From the NCBI GenBank assembly GCA_964016885.1, contig OZ024740.1, positions 85,312,001 to 85,376,000 of the forward strand: a stretch of 64,000 nt of DNA. The letters run 5' to 3'. A program made the position numbers and the translations under genes. The notes below the pieces were generated by a model. It searched no databases, was not told the DNA's origin, and saw only the letters and a program-made list of their open reading frames with translations. Source of the DNA: Eledone cirrhosa. Taxonomy: Eukaryota. Positions 43,679-55,996 of the stretch are shown here, one piece after another. Position 1 is the stretch's first letter; every line of letters starts with the position of its first letter.

Positions 43679-45098
43679 AATAATTGAATAAGATTTATTT
43701 CAAACGAAAGGTTTCGTGTACTGATTTAAATATTTCTTATCTTGACGAACGAAACTTTTATAATAGTGAGAATTTATGGTTTAGACTAAGACTGCAAACG
43801 CTAACGTAGTGGGCGTTGCATGACTAAATAGTTAGAAATGTTGCTTCACAATCATAAGGTCGCGGGCTCGATCCCACTCCATGTCATCTTAGGCAAATAT
43901 AATTTATCATAATCTCGAGTTGACCCAAAATTTTTGAGCGGAAATGGGAAAGTAGACACTTTTTGTATGGAAACCATTGGATGGACTGTACTTGTAATTT
44001 AAAGGGTCAGCCTTTTCACACAGAGTCACGCTGAATCTCCCTGAGAACTATGTTAAGTGTACTCGTGTCTACGGAATGCTCAGTCGCATGCACATTAATT
44101 TCATAAACAGGCTATTTGGTTTATTGAACACCTGGAGCACTCATCGTCGAAACCAATGGGTGGTGGGGTGGGGGGGTCTATTCCAAATGTTAACTTATTT
44201 AACGACTATGAGAGGGGATTTTAAGGCAGATACGCAGATACAGAAATTCATGGAATGTAGAATCTCAGTTCTCTAGTTTCTGAGCTAATCATATTTCTAT
44301 CTTTGTGTAAGAGTTTTAAGATAAAACAGATACCAAATACTTATGCACATGAAAAATATTTTTTGATAGACATAACTACTTGATACTTTAAGGACAGGAA
44401 AGAATGGGAAGTTGTGAGGAGGTTCATATCTTACCCCAAATCGTTAACGAAATAAGTTGACTCAAATGAGTATAAACGGGGATAGAGACTGGGTTGTGAA
44501 TCCAGTTTACCTTGAGTTAATCTCTGCTCTTCAGTCCTGAACGATAATCACGGAACAATAGCCTATTAATCAATATCAATTAACATGATATCTTAGACAG
44601 TAAAAAGATTAAGTGGTTAATTGTTGTGTTACGGTGAATAGTACAACTGGACTAATTAAAAATAATTTAAGAAATTAACTGCAACTATTGTTAAAATGAC
44701 AAGATTAAATTAGGAATGTAATAAGTCTATAACTGGCATCATAACGTAAATTATAGGATTAACACTTGTTAAACCTTATTTGGTAGAGTCTTAGAACATC
44801 AAATAGTGTTTTGCTGTATTTGTTCTGACTGTCTGCTCTCTGAGTTCAAATCCCGCCGAGGTCGATAAAGAAAGTACCAGTCTAGTACCAGGGTCGATTC
44901 TTCCTCTATATATTTCTCTCACTTTCTATCTTTCTCTGGAAGAAATCTGCTGTGTTAAAACCTGGAGAGATGGGCTCCGCCAGGTTTAAAATACTCAAGA
45001 AATGCCGTATGCCACTATGGTGCCCCTACGACTCCATCAAGAGTCACGGGTTCATTCATTCATACATACAGCACACATAGAAGCCTATTCCTAAATAA

Positions 45099-45303
45099 TG
45101 GCTTCTGATTTAGGCATAAGACCAACAATGTTTTGAGGGAAGAGTCGAGTAAATGGACCCCAGTACGTTACTAATACTTTATTTTATCGACTCCGTAAGG
45201 ATGAAAAGCAAAGCTAATCTGGGCGGGATTTGAACTCAGGACGTAAAGGGCCGTAACAATATACAGCAAAGCATGTTGCCCAACGCTCAACCGATACTGC
45301 CAA
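45099..45303 (-). mobile_element. SINE family A with TSD
   Basis: TCCTAAATAAT on both flanks. Confidence 0.85.
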
Positions 45304-46402
45304 TCCTAAATAATAGCCAATGTGTTAATTAGTTTCAAAGTAGTAAATACTCTAAAGTTATAATAAAAAATTTAGAAAGATGGAAAATGTCATGCTTGGG
45401 TTCTAAGATTAGTAATGATTTCTTATCACAACTTAATATATTTGTTATAATGATAGAAATTAATATCTTGACTAAAGTATCTATATGTTGGAAATATTTC
45501 GACCATGAAAGGAATATTATGGCGGAAACGCCGATGAAAATATACATAACATAAAGAATATCAACTTTATACTTTCTAAACTAATCACATTAATTTCTTT
45601 GGTGTTAGTTTACTGAGCTGGAGGTAAGCGATCAGTATTACTGTAACAAAATATAATTGCCAAATGTTTAATACAGTTTTACAAATGAGTATTATAATTT
45701 CCTACAACGCAATATTAACTTATACTGTAAGGATGGAGAAAGCTGTGGGGTTCATATCTTTCCCTAAAGTGTTGGTAACATAAGTTAAATAAAGTAGGTG
45801 CTACTGGGAACTAAAACCTAGTTGGGAACTTAATTTGTCTGGAGTTAATATATTCTCTCCAGCGCTGAACAGCAGTCACTCACATGAGCAATAATCAATC
45901 AATACTAATTAATTTAGGATCTGGCGTTGTCAATATATAAGTAATTAATTAATCGATGAAAACTATCAAGTTGTTTATGACATAGATAGTTAAAATGTAT
46001 AATCCAAATGGACCAATTAGACAATAATTTGAGACGATGGCTGTAGCCAAAGCTGAAATATTAAGAATCAAATGGTTACAGTAAGATGTGAAAATTAATC
46101 AATTCTGTTTTCTTCCTATGCATCGATAAATCACAAATGAGTATGCATTTTAAGCGAGTTTTAACTATAATAGCCAATCTATAGCCAATCTAATACTAAA
46201 TTTTGAAAAATCTAAGAAAGACATAGACATAACCTTCTCTCCTTTAACTAAAACATTGAAATCAAATTTTGATACAAATACTCATTCATATATAGATAAA
46301 TGATTGATTTGCTCTTTCTGTTGTGCGTAGAAAGTATTGTATTCATTCTAAAATATTATTGGTACTTGGTGCTGAAAAGGTAAAATTTTAAATTGACCAT
46401 AG

Positions 46403-46648
46403 CGAAATTTAAACTTAGACTCTACAGTGATGCCACATGGGAAAATAGACGAGTGGATAAAATATTGCACTACTAGATCATGCTTTGAAAGTTCAAATCT
46501 ACAGCAGGCATTTAGTTCTGTATTGGTGTTGGATGAATTTGCTCCACTTACTCCAGTGTATATAACCATAAGAAACAATATAATAGAACACACTCAGTTT
46601 GGTTGGGTTTTCACTTCAGTATATTTTTATATTTCAATAAATAAATAA
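46403..46648 (+). CDS. Possible terminal coding exon (weak resemblance to a TNF/C1q-like C-terminus)
   Basis: Open frame after a candidate AG acceptor, non-repetitive sequence, stop within AATAAA repeats; no upstream exons identified. Confidence 0.2.
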   Translation, partial: RNLNLDSTVMPHGKIDEWIKYCTTRSCFESSNLQQAFSSVLVLDEFAPLTPVYITIRNNIIEHTQFGWVFTSVYFYISINK

Positions 46649-46981
46649 AGAAATAAAATAAAATAAAACATTATAGGAACACAACGAGAGGAAACATGGA
46701 AACGTGAAATTATTGGTGATGTCACAGATATGTGTGACGAAAGAACTTTGAGAAACTATATCTATATTTCATTTATTCACTGTTGGTCAATCAATGATAA
46801 ACATTGATTGCCAGCTAAATTATTCATTAAACAATATAAGAAATTCTGAGAAAGCTACACACGTAAAAGTCGTATCCTACTAAGGAGGGAAATGGCTCCC
46901 TTTTCTCATCAATGTTCAAGAAACCGGTGCTAAATACACATGCATCAATGTTAAAGAAACCGCTTATAACATTTACATAAT

Positions 46982-47201
46982 ACGTTTCTACTTTTCGCAC
47001 AAGGCCAACAATTTGAAGGGAAGGGGAAAGTCGATTAAATCGACCCTAGTACCTTACTGATACTTTATTTTATCGATCTCGCAGGGACGAAAGGCAAAGC
47101 TGACATCGGCGGGATTTGAACTCAGAATGTAAAGGACCGTAACTCTTTGCCGTAAAACATGTTGTCCAACGCTCTACCGATTACTGCCAATCCATCACCC
47201 T
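46982..47201 (-). mobile_element. SINE family A, full length with 18-bp TSD
   Basis: TTATAACATTTACATAAT on both flanks. Confidence 0.9.
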
Positions 47202-47335
47202 TTATAACATTTACATAATGAGTGATTAAACAGATTAATTAATAACTCAGCATTTTTGTTTTGTCATCAGCAATTTCTGACTCGATTTTCAACAATATTG
47301 TAACATCATTGTTATTAATATCTGTTGTCAAACAC

Positions 47336-47530
47336 CAGACCTGCCAACATCTAAAAACCCGGACGGGGAGTACCATGAAAAAAGGGATCCCAAAACGGGG
47401 AGAAATTAGGCAAAATGGGGAGATTTTACATAATGAAAGCTATATCCATTTTCACAAGAGAAGATATCTCTCACCCACCCCAAAATGGGTGGGAGATCTC
47501 CGTGTCCGACAGAAAGAGTTGACAGGTCTG
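47336..47530. mobile_element. hAT-like MITE with TSD
   Basis: TIRs CAGACCTGCCAAC / GTTGACAGGTCTG; CAAACAC duplicated; uninterrupted paralogous site at about 43430-43470. Confidence 0.8.
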
Positions 47531-47773
47531 CAAACACGTTAGCAACTACAAGGATAATTTCATCAAATAATTGCACAAGATATTAAACGATATTTAAAGG
47601 CTCTATAAGAGTTCATAAAAAATAAAAAAATTAATTTGATCTGTAAAACATTTATAATTGATAACAAAAGAATGTAAATACTCTCATGAAAATGTCTTTG
47701 AACGTACTGGACTTCCTAAGTAACAACCAATATGATAACTTGCTTCCAGCTGGTCGAACATTCTAGATTCATA

Positions 47774-47810
<37 letters not shown>

Positions 47811-47816
<6 letters not shown>

Positions 47817-48481
47817 GAAATAGGATTTCGCTTCAAGCATAGCCTTATACAATTTGTATAAATATTTCGTATTTCCAAAGAAATACGGTTTTAGGAAGCC
47901 GTAGCTATGCAAACCCCGGGGGCGGGGGGGCTAACGCCCCTTGGTGATGTCCAGCAGAAGCAAGGGGGACAACTGTCTATGCATTTCAGGCTTAACTGGC
48001 CATCGTCAGGACGGTTCCTCCCACTGCTTGCGACTGCTGGACTAGAAGACAGTCGAGAATATATAGTTTTCTCGTCTGTGTAAATGAGGTGATTAATCTC
48101 ATTTGCATATGAAGCTGCATAAGTTGGCTCAACTTATAATAAAAAAGAAATAGGATTTCGCTTCAAGCATAGCTTTATACAATTCTTTTTTATTATAAGT
48201 TGAGCCAACTTATGCAGCTTCATATGCAAATGAGATTAACCACCTCATTTACACAGAAAAGTATATATTCTCGCCTGTCTTCTAGTCCAGCAGTCGCAAT
48301 CGGTGGGAGGGACCGTCCTGACGATGGCCAGTTAAGCCTGAAATGCATAGACGGTTGTCCCCCTTGCTTCTTTCTGCTGGACATCACCAGAGGGCGTTAG
48401 CCCCCCCCCCCCCCCCGCCCCCGGTATTTGCATAGCTACGGCTTCCTAAAACCATATTTCTTTGGAGATACGAAATATTTA
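47811..48481. mobile_element. Retrozyme-like fold-back element, 330-nt monomer, in (TA)n
   Basis: 47856-48145 is the inverted copy of 48186-48481; direct repeat TAGGATTTCGCTTCAAGCATAGC at 47821 and 48151; HHRs 47971-48016 (-) and 48311-48356 (+). Confidence 0.88.
48311..48356 (+). ncRNA. Minimal type-I hammerhead ribozyme
   Basis: GACCGTC-CTGACGA-T-GGC CAGTTAA GCC-T-GAAA-TGCA-TA-GACGGTT. Confidence 0.85.
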
Positions 48482-48562
48482 TATATATATATATTTATTT
48501 ATTTAGGTCTGTTGGGTCACCACTGGATAGAACTGGTCATTCCGTATGGTCAACCTCGATGT

Positions 48563-48627
48563 AATATTACCTGATGATATCACCGGATTCACACTGAACC
48601 CGGTCATTGAAATGATCATAGTATAAT
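48563..48627 (+). ncRNA. Type-I hammerhead ribozyme in a separate short element (48500-48670)
   Basis: CTGATGA, stem II ACCGG/CCGGT, GAAA, palindromic TGATCA, TA, weak stem I TAC/GTA. Confidence 0.65.
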
Positions 48628-48682
48628 AAACCTTTTAATGAATTACACCAGTCCAGCCTCCTGTTATTTTATAATATATATA

Positions 48683-48834
48683 TATATTTGAAAAAAAAAG
48701 GAAAAGAATGACTTCACTTGTAGTGTTAAAAGATTTTTTAATTTAATTTTATAATATTATAATATTATAAAATTAAATCAAAGATTTTTTTAACACTACA
48801 AGTGAAGTGATTCTTTTCCTTTTTTTCAAATATA
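48683..48834. repeat. AT-rich imperfect palindrome (about 75-bp arms)
   Basis: GAAAAAAAAAGGAAAAGAATGACTTCACTTGTAGTGTTAAAA versus TTTTAACACTACAAGTGAAGTGATTCTTTTCCTTTTTTTC. Confidence 0.85.
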
Positions 48835-49057
48835 CCTAACTGTACTAAGGATCTTACACATTTTCCAATATATACTAATAACAAAAAGGACGAAGTGTTA
48901 GGTCTTCATTACGTTTATTGAGGTGTGACGCGCGTTTCGCGACTGATCAGCTCAAAGTACAATCTGTATCGATCTGGTCCGACTCTGGAATTAAAAGGTC
49001 GTCGGACTTCTGTTATGGTAATGACAGAATACAATCGCTAAATATATATATATATAT

Positions 49058-49235
49058 AAGTGTTGAAGTTTCCGTGGAAAAAGTAAAAGCAATGAATAGT
49101 GCTCTATATAAGTTACAGAGCTAAATATTTAATGTATAATAAACAATACAGTATAATTACCTCATTACTCGAGGTTTCCCGAACAGGACGAACATAAGAG
49201 ACGTCCGCATTCGTTCGTCAGATGAAGCAATCTAA
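49058..49235 (-). mobile_element. HHR-bearing PLE-type tail, family H (copies 50385-50568 +, 51481-51666 -, degenerate 60722-60890 -)
   Basis: Shared tail TTTAGCTCTGTAACTTA.ATAGAGCACT...CGGAAACTTCAA ending in (TA)n. Confidence 0.8.
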
Positions 49236-49635
49236 CATAGTGAGATATTTGAAAAAAGCTCATCAAGAAAGGCTAAAATGTTTAACGGGCAAAAAATATA
49301 AATAAAAGTAATAAGACAAAAAAATATATAAAAATATATAAAAATAAAAATAAAGAAATATACTGAGATGATGTGTGTATATGTACATACATATGCACAC
49401 GTGTGTATATGTACATACATATGTACACATGTACATGTGTGTGTATGTACAACTGCATGTGTATAGTGAAAAACATGTATACGTAAGTACATACATGAGG
49501 ACAAATATATAGGTGTATGTGTGACCATATATATATTTTAAAAATAGAAATTGTAAGATAATGAAGTTTGCGTACATGCAGACGCAAAGACTAAGGGCTG
49601 GTGTACATACACATACAAACATAGTTTATTCACGT

Positions 49636-49684
<49 letters not shown>

Positions 49685-49896
49685 CGAAGGTAATGTGGTA
49701 AGGAACCAGGTGGACCATAACGCACCAAAGTACTCAATACTTGAGGTAGTAGAGTGGGTAATAGGAATTAGCTGTCGAAACGGCTTGAGCTCAGCTGTCG
49801 GGGTCTTACTGGTTCCTATATATATATATATATATATATGTACGTATGTATGTATGTATGTATGTATGTATGTATGTATGTATGTATGTATGTATG

Positions 49897-50172
49897 TCAT
49901 CTTGGTTAAGAGAGTGTGACTGGCTTTGTGCAGTGCCTTTGCTCACTATAAAAGCTTCACGGCACAGGCATTGCTTTATATCTGGAGATCTCTCTGCACT
50001 TGTCGTCACATGGTACCATGGGCCCAGCACTATGTGTCAATAATTGTCACAAGTGTAGTGTTTTCAAGTCGCTGGCTGGACTAAAAATCACAATCGTTCA
50101 GCGCATCGGTAGGGGTTCTCCTATATGGATATAAAGTAGTGGCCGTACTCGAAAACGAGTTGGCATCCACCA
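49897..50172 (+). mobile_element. 5'-truncated copy of the RTE-derived element, between (TATG)n tracts
   Basis: Matches the 3' half of 53944-54550. Confidence 0.88.
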
Positions 50173-50390
50173 TGTATGTATGTATGTATAGGGTGTCGCA
50201 AAAAATGTATACACACTTTGATTACCTGTACAGGCCATATTTATTAGAATGCTGCTGAAGTGTATATATATATTTTTGGGGGGAGACCCTGTACACACAC
50301 ACATATATATATATATATGTATATATATGTATTTATACATATATATATATATATATATATTTATACATACCCATATAAACTATGTTTTAA

Positions 50391-50466
50391 ATTGCCTTGT
50401 CTGACGAACGAATGGGGACGTTTCTTGTATTCGTCTTATTCGGGAAACCTCTGGTAATGAGGTAAT
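50391..50466 (+). ncRNA. Type-I hammerhead ribozyme with long stem II
   Basis: ATTGCCTTGT-CTGACGA-A-CGAATGGGGACG..CGTCTTATTCG-G-GAAA-CC TCT GG-TA-ATGAGGTAAT. Confidence 0.75.
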
Positions 50467-50564
50467 TACATTGTATTGTTTATTATACATTAAATTTAGC
50501 TCTGTAACTTACATAGAGCACTCTTCACTCCTATGACTTTTTCAATTTTCAACGGAAACTTCAA

Positions 50565-50628
<64 letters not shown>

Positions 50629-50670
50629 GGGTATGTATAAATATATGTATATGTATATATATATATCTGT

Positions 50671-50747
<77 letters not shown>

Positions 50748-51295
50748 GTTTTTTATGTATGTATGTATGTATGTTATCACTGTAGAAAAAATATAAGAGA
50801 ATAGTGCAAAAGCCGGGACAGATTAAGAAAAAGTAGCAAAACATACCTGAAAACCACAGCTAGAGTAGATTCAAGGGTTAGGAACAGGCTGATGTAAGTT
50901 TGGTTCTATATAAGCTTACTGCCAAGAAATATATGATAAACATTTAACGAATGCTACATTAGGTAAGATAATGTTTCCAGAATCTTCTCATCAGAAAGAA
51001 CTAGCTAGACATGATTTAGCCAACCAGATGAGTAAGAAGTAAGTAGTTTCAGAGCAATGTTATTTTCTACAGTCGCACCACCACCATCATCACCAACACC
51101 ACCACCACCACCCGTAACACTATCTACCCATTCCACCACAGAAAGAAGAATGAAATCCAGGTTAACCAACGAAATACCAATAATATAGTTATTTATTTTT
51201 CAATCCCAACTTCACAAATGTCTAGAAACTTCTATGCATCGCTGTCCCTACTACGAAAGTGTTATACGCTACGGTCCAGAGACGTGTATGAGTAT

Positions 51296-51341
<46 letters not shown>

Positions 51342-51399
51342 GTGTGTGTGTGTAGTATATATATATATTCACTACACCCCCCACACACATATATATATA

Positions 51400-51483
<84 letters not shown>

Positions 51484-51663
51484 TATTGAAATTTCCGTTG
51501 GAAACAGAAAATGTCATAGAAGTGAAGAGTGCTCTATGTAAGTATCAGAGCAAAATTTAATGTATAAAAAAAAAATCAATACAATATAATTACCTCATTA
51601 CCAGAGGTTTCCCGAATGAGGCGAATACGAAATAAACGACTTCATTCGTTCGTCAGACGAGGC

Positions 51664-51768
<105 letters not shown>

Positions 51769-51775
51769 ACATATT

Positions 51776-51828
<53 letters not shown>

Positions 51829-51860
51829 TAATATATATATATATACATATTCTCTCTCTC

Positions 51861-51912
<52 letters not shown>

Positions 51913-51960
51913 GGTGTGTGTGTGTGTATCGTATATATATATATACACTACACACACACC

Positions 51961-52043
<83 letters not shown>

Positions 52044-52191
52044 TAATATATATATATATACATATTCTCTCTCTCTCTATATATATATACATGTATATAT
52101 ATATATATATGTGTGTGTGTGTATCGTATATATATATACACTACACACACACATATATTCCCTCGGTCCGATTTGACGAAAGTCGATCGTT

Positions 52192-52230
<39 letters not shown>

Positions 52231-52304
52231 TACACACAGACACACACACACATATATATATACATATATATATATATTATATATATATATATATATATAC
52301 ATAT

Positions 52305-52336
<32 letters not shown>

Positions 52337-52340
52337 CATG

Positions 52341-52375
<35 letters not shown>

Positions 52376-52460
52376 AGTATATATATATATATATATATAT
52401 ATACACTATACACACACCCACACACACCCACACACACACACACATATATATATATATACT

Positions 52461-52530
<70 letters not shown>

Positions 52531-52531
52531 T

Positions 52532-52580
<49 letters not shown>

Positions 52581-53226
52581 CTACACACACACACACATAT
52601 ATATATATATACACAACTCACCCATCTACTTACAGGTACTTACACATACAAACGTACATATATATTTGAAATGTGGTCGACCAGATGTTCATATGTACAT
52701 GCAGTATATGTGTGTTGAAAAGAAGACACACACATACATATGCATATTTGTGTATGTGTGTCTGTGTATGTGTATATATATATATATATATGTCTGTGTG
52801 TGTGTGTATGTGTGTCTGTGTATATATATATATATATGTCTGTGTGTGTGTGTATGTGTGTGTGTGGTAAATATATCAGTTATTCAAATTCATATGGTAT
52901 ATACTTTACTGTATAATATTCTGATCCCAAATCCTATAATATAATTATAATTTTGTTTGACATTTTCCTTCTGTAATTGTTGTGAGAGAGTCTCCCATAG
53001 CTGAGTTGATATGCTTGAAGATCTAGCAACAGAAACATCGTGTTCCTTGGCGTCTGTAAAATGATTGATTATGGGAAACTTCTGAATTCATATAGTATAC
53101 ACAGTCTCTATTTGTCACGTACGCACGCCTATGAATAGGCACATACAACGTTATTAGCTATGAGGTAAAGAAGGCGCCAGTATTTTTAATGTAATGCGTC
53201 AAGACATTTATAATTGCTTAATTAAT

Positions 53227-53393
53227 TGTTTCTACCTTTGGCACAAGGCCAGCAGCAATTACCCAGTACATTTTATCGACCCCGTAAGGATGAAAGGCAA
53301 AGTTAACCTCGACGGGATTTGAACTCAGACCGTAATAGGACGTAACTATGCTAGAAAGCATGACGTCCAACCTTCTACCGATACTGCCAAATC
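53227..53393 (-). mobile_element. SINE family A with TSD
   Basis: GCTTAATTAAT on both flanks. Confidence 0.85.
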
Positions 53394-53943
53394 GCTTAAT
53401 TAATATTACACCAGTAGCGATGAGGAGAAAACATCATTATTTGGCCAATTCTAGTCAAGAAACGTAGCGGATACAACCCTAGAATGTAGGTAATAGTTTA
53501 TGTGTGTTTGTGGATGAACTAAGCCTAATAAGATGGACAAAGATTTTTGAAGGGAAAAAAACAATATCATCTCGAAATCACTGGTGTATTAAGTACATCC
53601 TCCCTACTTCATCATGCAATTATTTTCATATCCTTCCACAGTGAGCAAACGTAGGTCAACTTACATATTTCGGGCTGAATATTTTATTATTTAGTGAGTT
53701 GTACCTGTAATTCAAATGGGCAATCTTATTACTCACTGAATAACGTAGAATTCCCATGAGAAGTACGTTAAAGGTGCGTGTGTCTCTTAATTTTCCGAGC
53801 TGGCTGTTCTATTGATCGTATCAATTTGAACACTCGTCGTCGTAACCGACGGAGAGCCGCTACTACATGTATGTATGTATGTATGTATGTATGTATGTAT
53901 GTATGTATGTATGTATGTATATATGTATGTATGTATGTATGTG

Positions 53944-54550
53944 TCAGGTCACCAGTTGGTGCTACTGGTAACATGTATCCCAGTACAACCTGTCTCATGG
54001 TCGGGTCGTTGGCGACTAAACTGGCAACCCCACCAAGGTTTCTTGGTGAGGAGGGTGACTTTGGACATCCTGCAGGACTAAAAACAAAACCTGTCAAAGG
54101 GCAAAGGAGCTCTTAAGAGTCAATGGCCTTCCAAAATCACCGGGAGAGATGACCCCTTAGCCTTTGTCAAGGCAGAATTCTAGGAGAAGAAAACTCTGAT
54201 ATAACACCTGCAACCCTGATGGTATCCAATGATGTTGACTTGTTCTTCTTTTTGGTAAATATCATCTTGGTTAAGAGAGTGGGACTGGCTTTGTGCAATG
54301 CCTTTGCTCACTATAAAAGCGTCACGGCACAGGCATTGCTTTATGTCTGGAGATCTCTCTGCACTTGTCATTACATGGTACCATGGGCCCAGCACTGTGT
54401 GTCAATAATTGTCACAGGTGTAGTGTTTGTACCAGAGTTTTCAAGTCGCTGGCTGGACTAAAAAGTCACACTCGTTCAGCGCATCGGTAGGGGTTCTCCT
54501 ACATGGATATAAAGTAGTGGCCGTACTCGAAAACGAGTTGGCAGCCACCA
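53944..54550 (+). mobile_element. Non-autonomous RTE-derived (bipartite) retroelement, copy 1
   Basis: RTE-5'UTR-like CTAGGAGAAGAAAACTCTGA; terminal C2H2 finger CSVCTRVFKSLAGLKSHTRSAH* (54410-54490); 3' hairpin CTCG-AAAA-CGAG; (TGTA)n tail. Confidence 0.8.
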
Positions 54551-54648
54551 TGTATGTATGTATGTATGTATGTATGTATGTATGTATGTATGTATGTATG
54601 TATGTATGTATGTATGTATGTATGTATGTATGTATGTATGTACGTATG

Positions 54649-55255
54649 TCAGGTCACCAGTTGGTGTTACTGGTAACATGTATCCCAGTACAACCTGTCT
54701 CATGGTCGGGTCGTTGGCGACTAAACTGGCAACCCCACCAAGGTTTCTCGGTGAGGAGGGTGACTTTGGACATCCTGCAGGACTAAAAACAAAACCTGTC
54801 AAAGGGCAAAGGAGCTCTTAAGAGTCAATGGCCATCCAAAATCACCGGGAGAGATGACCCCTTAGCCTTTGTCAAGGCAGAATTCTAGGAGAAGAAAACT
54901 CTGATATAACACCTGCAACCCTGATGGTATCCAATGATGTTGGCTTGTTCTTCTTTTTGGTAAATATCATCTTGGTTAAGAGAGTGGGACTGGCTTTGTG
55001 CAGTGCCTTTGCTCACTATAAAAGCTTCACGGCACAGGCATTGCTTTATATCTGGAGATCTCTCTGCACTTGTCGTCACATGGTACCATGGGCCCAGCAC
55101 TATGTGTCAATAATTGTCACAAGTGTAGTGTTTGTACCAGAGTTTTCAAGTCGCTGGCTGGACTAAAAAGTCACACTTGTTCAGCGCATCGGTAGGAGTT
55201 CTCCTACATGGATATAAAGTAGTGGCCGTACTCGAAAACGAGTTGGCAGCCACCA
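54649..55255 (+). mobile_element. Same RTE-derived element, copy 2 (tandem)
   Basis: Near-identical to 53944-54550, separated by (TATG)n. Confidence 0.85.
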
Positions 55256-55337
55256 TGTATGTATGTATGTATGTATGTATGTATGTATGTATGTATGTAT
55301 GTATGTATGTATGTATGTATGTATGTATGTATGTATG

Positions 55338-55638
55338 TCAAGTCGTTCTTCAACGCTACTGGTAACATGTATCCCAGTACAACCTATGCATGGTCTTGTT
55401 TTGGGGGAAATGCATTCGATGTTCAGAGAGTAGGATTGGCTCTGTGCAAAAACCTCTCCCCATTTAAAAAAGCTTCAAGCACACAAGCACAGGTATCGCT
55501 TGATAAGTTACATTTTTTTGCGGTGCATGTCATTGCTGGCCACAGACAAGTCCCTGGCCGGACTAAAAAGCCACGTCTGTGATGCTCATGCTTAAGTACG
55601 AAGCGATGGCATTACTCAAAATCGAGTTGCAGCTATCA
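55338..55638 (+). mobile_element. Shorter diverged relative of the RTE-derived element
   Basis: Shares CTACTGGTAACATGTATCCCAGTACAACC head, GGACTAAAAAGCCAC and the CTCAAAATCGAGTTGCAGC tail. Confidence 0.75.
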
Positions 55639-55817
55639 TGTATGTATGAGTGTATATATATGTACCATAGGACTTTCGAACAACTAGAACACTCGTCAAC
55701 AGATTAGACGTAGATACAACAATAGAACGTTATTCCCACCTCAACTTCCTATTAACCCTTCCACCTTTCACAAAGAACAAACATTGACCAATTTATATAA
55801 TTTGCTCTGAATATTTC

Positions 55818-55996
55818 ATTAGTATCGGTAGAGGGTCGGACGCTATGCTTTGCAGCATAGTTACGTCCCTTTACGGATTGAGTTCAAATCCCGCCGAGGT
55901 TAACTTTGCCTTTCATCCTTACGGGGTCGATAAAATAAAGTAAAAGTAATGCACTGGGTAATTGCTGGCCTTGTGCCAAAAGTAGAAACAATTATT
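55818..55996 (+). mobile_element. SINE family A
   Basis: B-box, core and tail intact. Confidence 0.88.

Noticed and set aside
46348-46593. - strand ORF with a signal-peptide-like N-terminus
   Set aside because: Starts at GTG right after a stop, has no convincing splice context, and overlaps a somewhat better + strand candidate
50960-51000. HHR-like CTGATGA...GAAAC on - strand
   Set aside because: Stems I and III do not pair convincingly; at best a decayed copy
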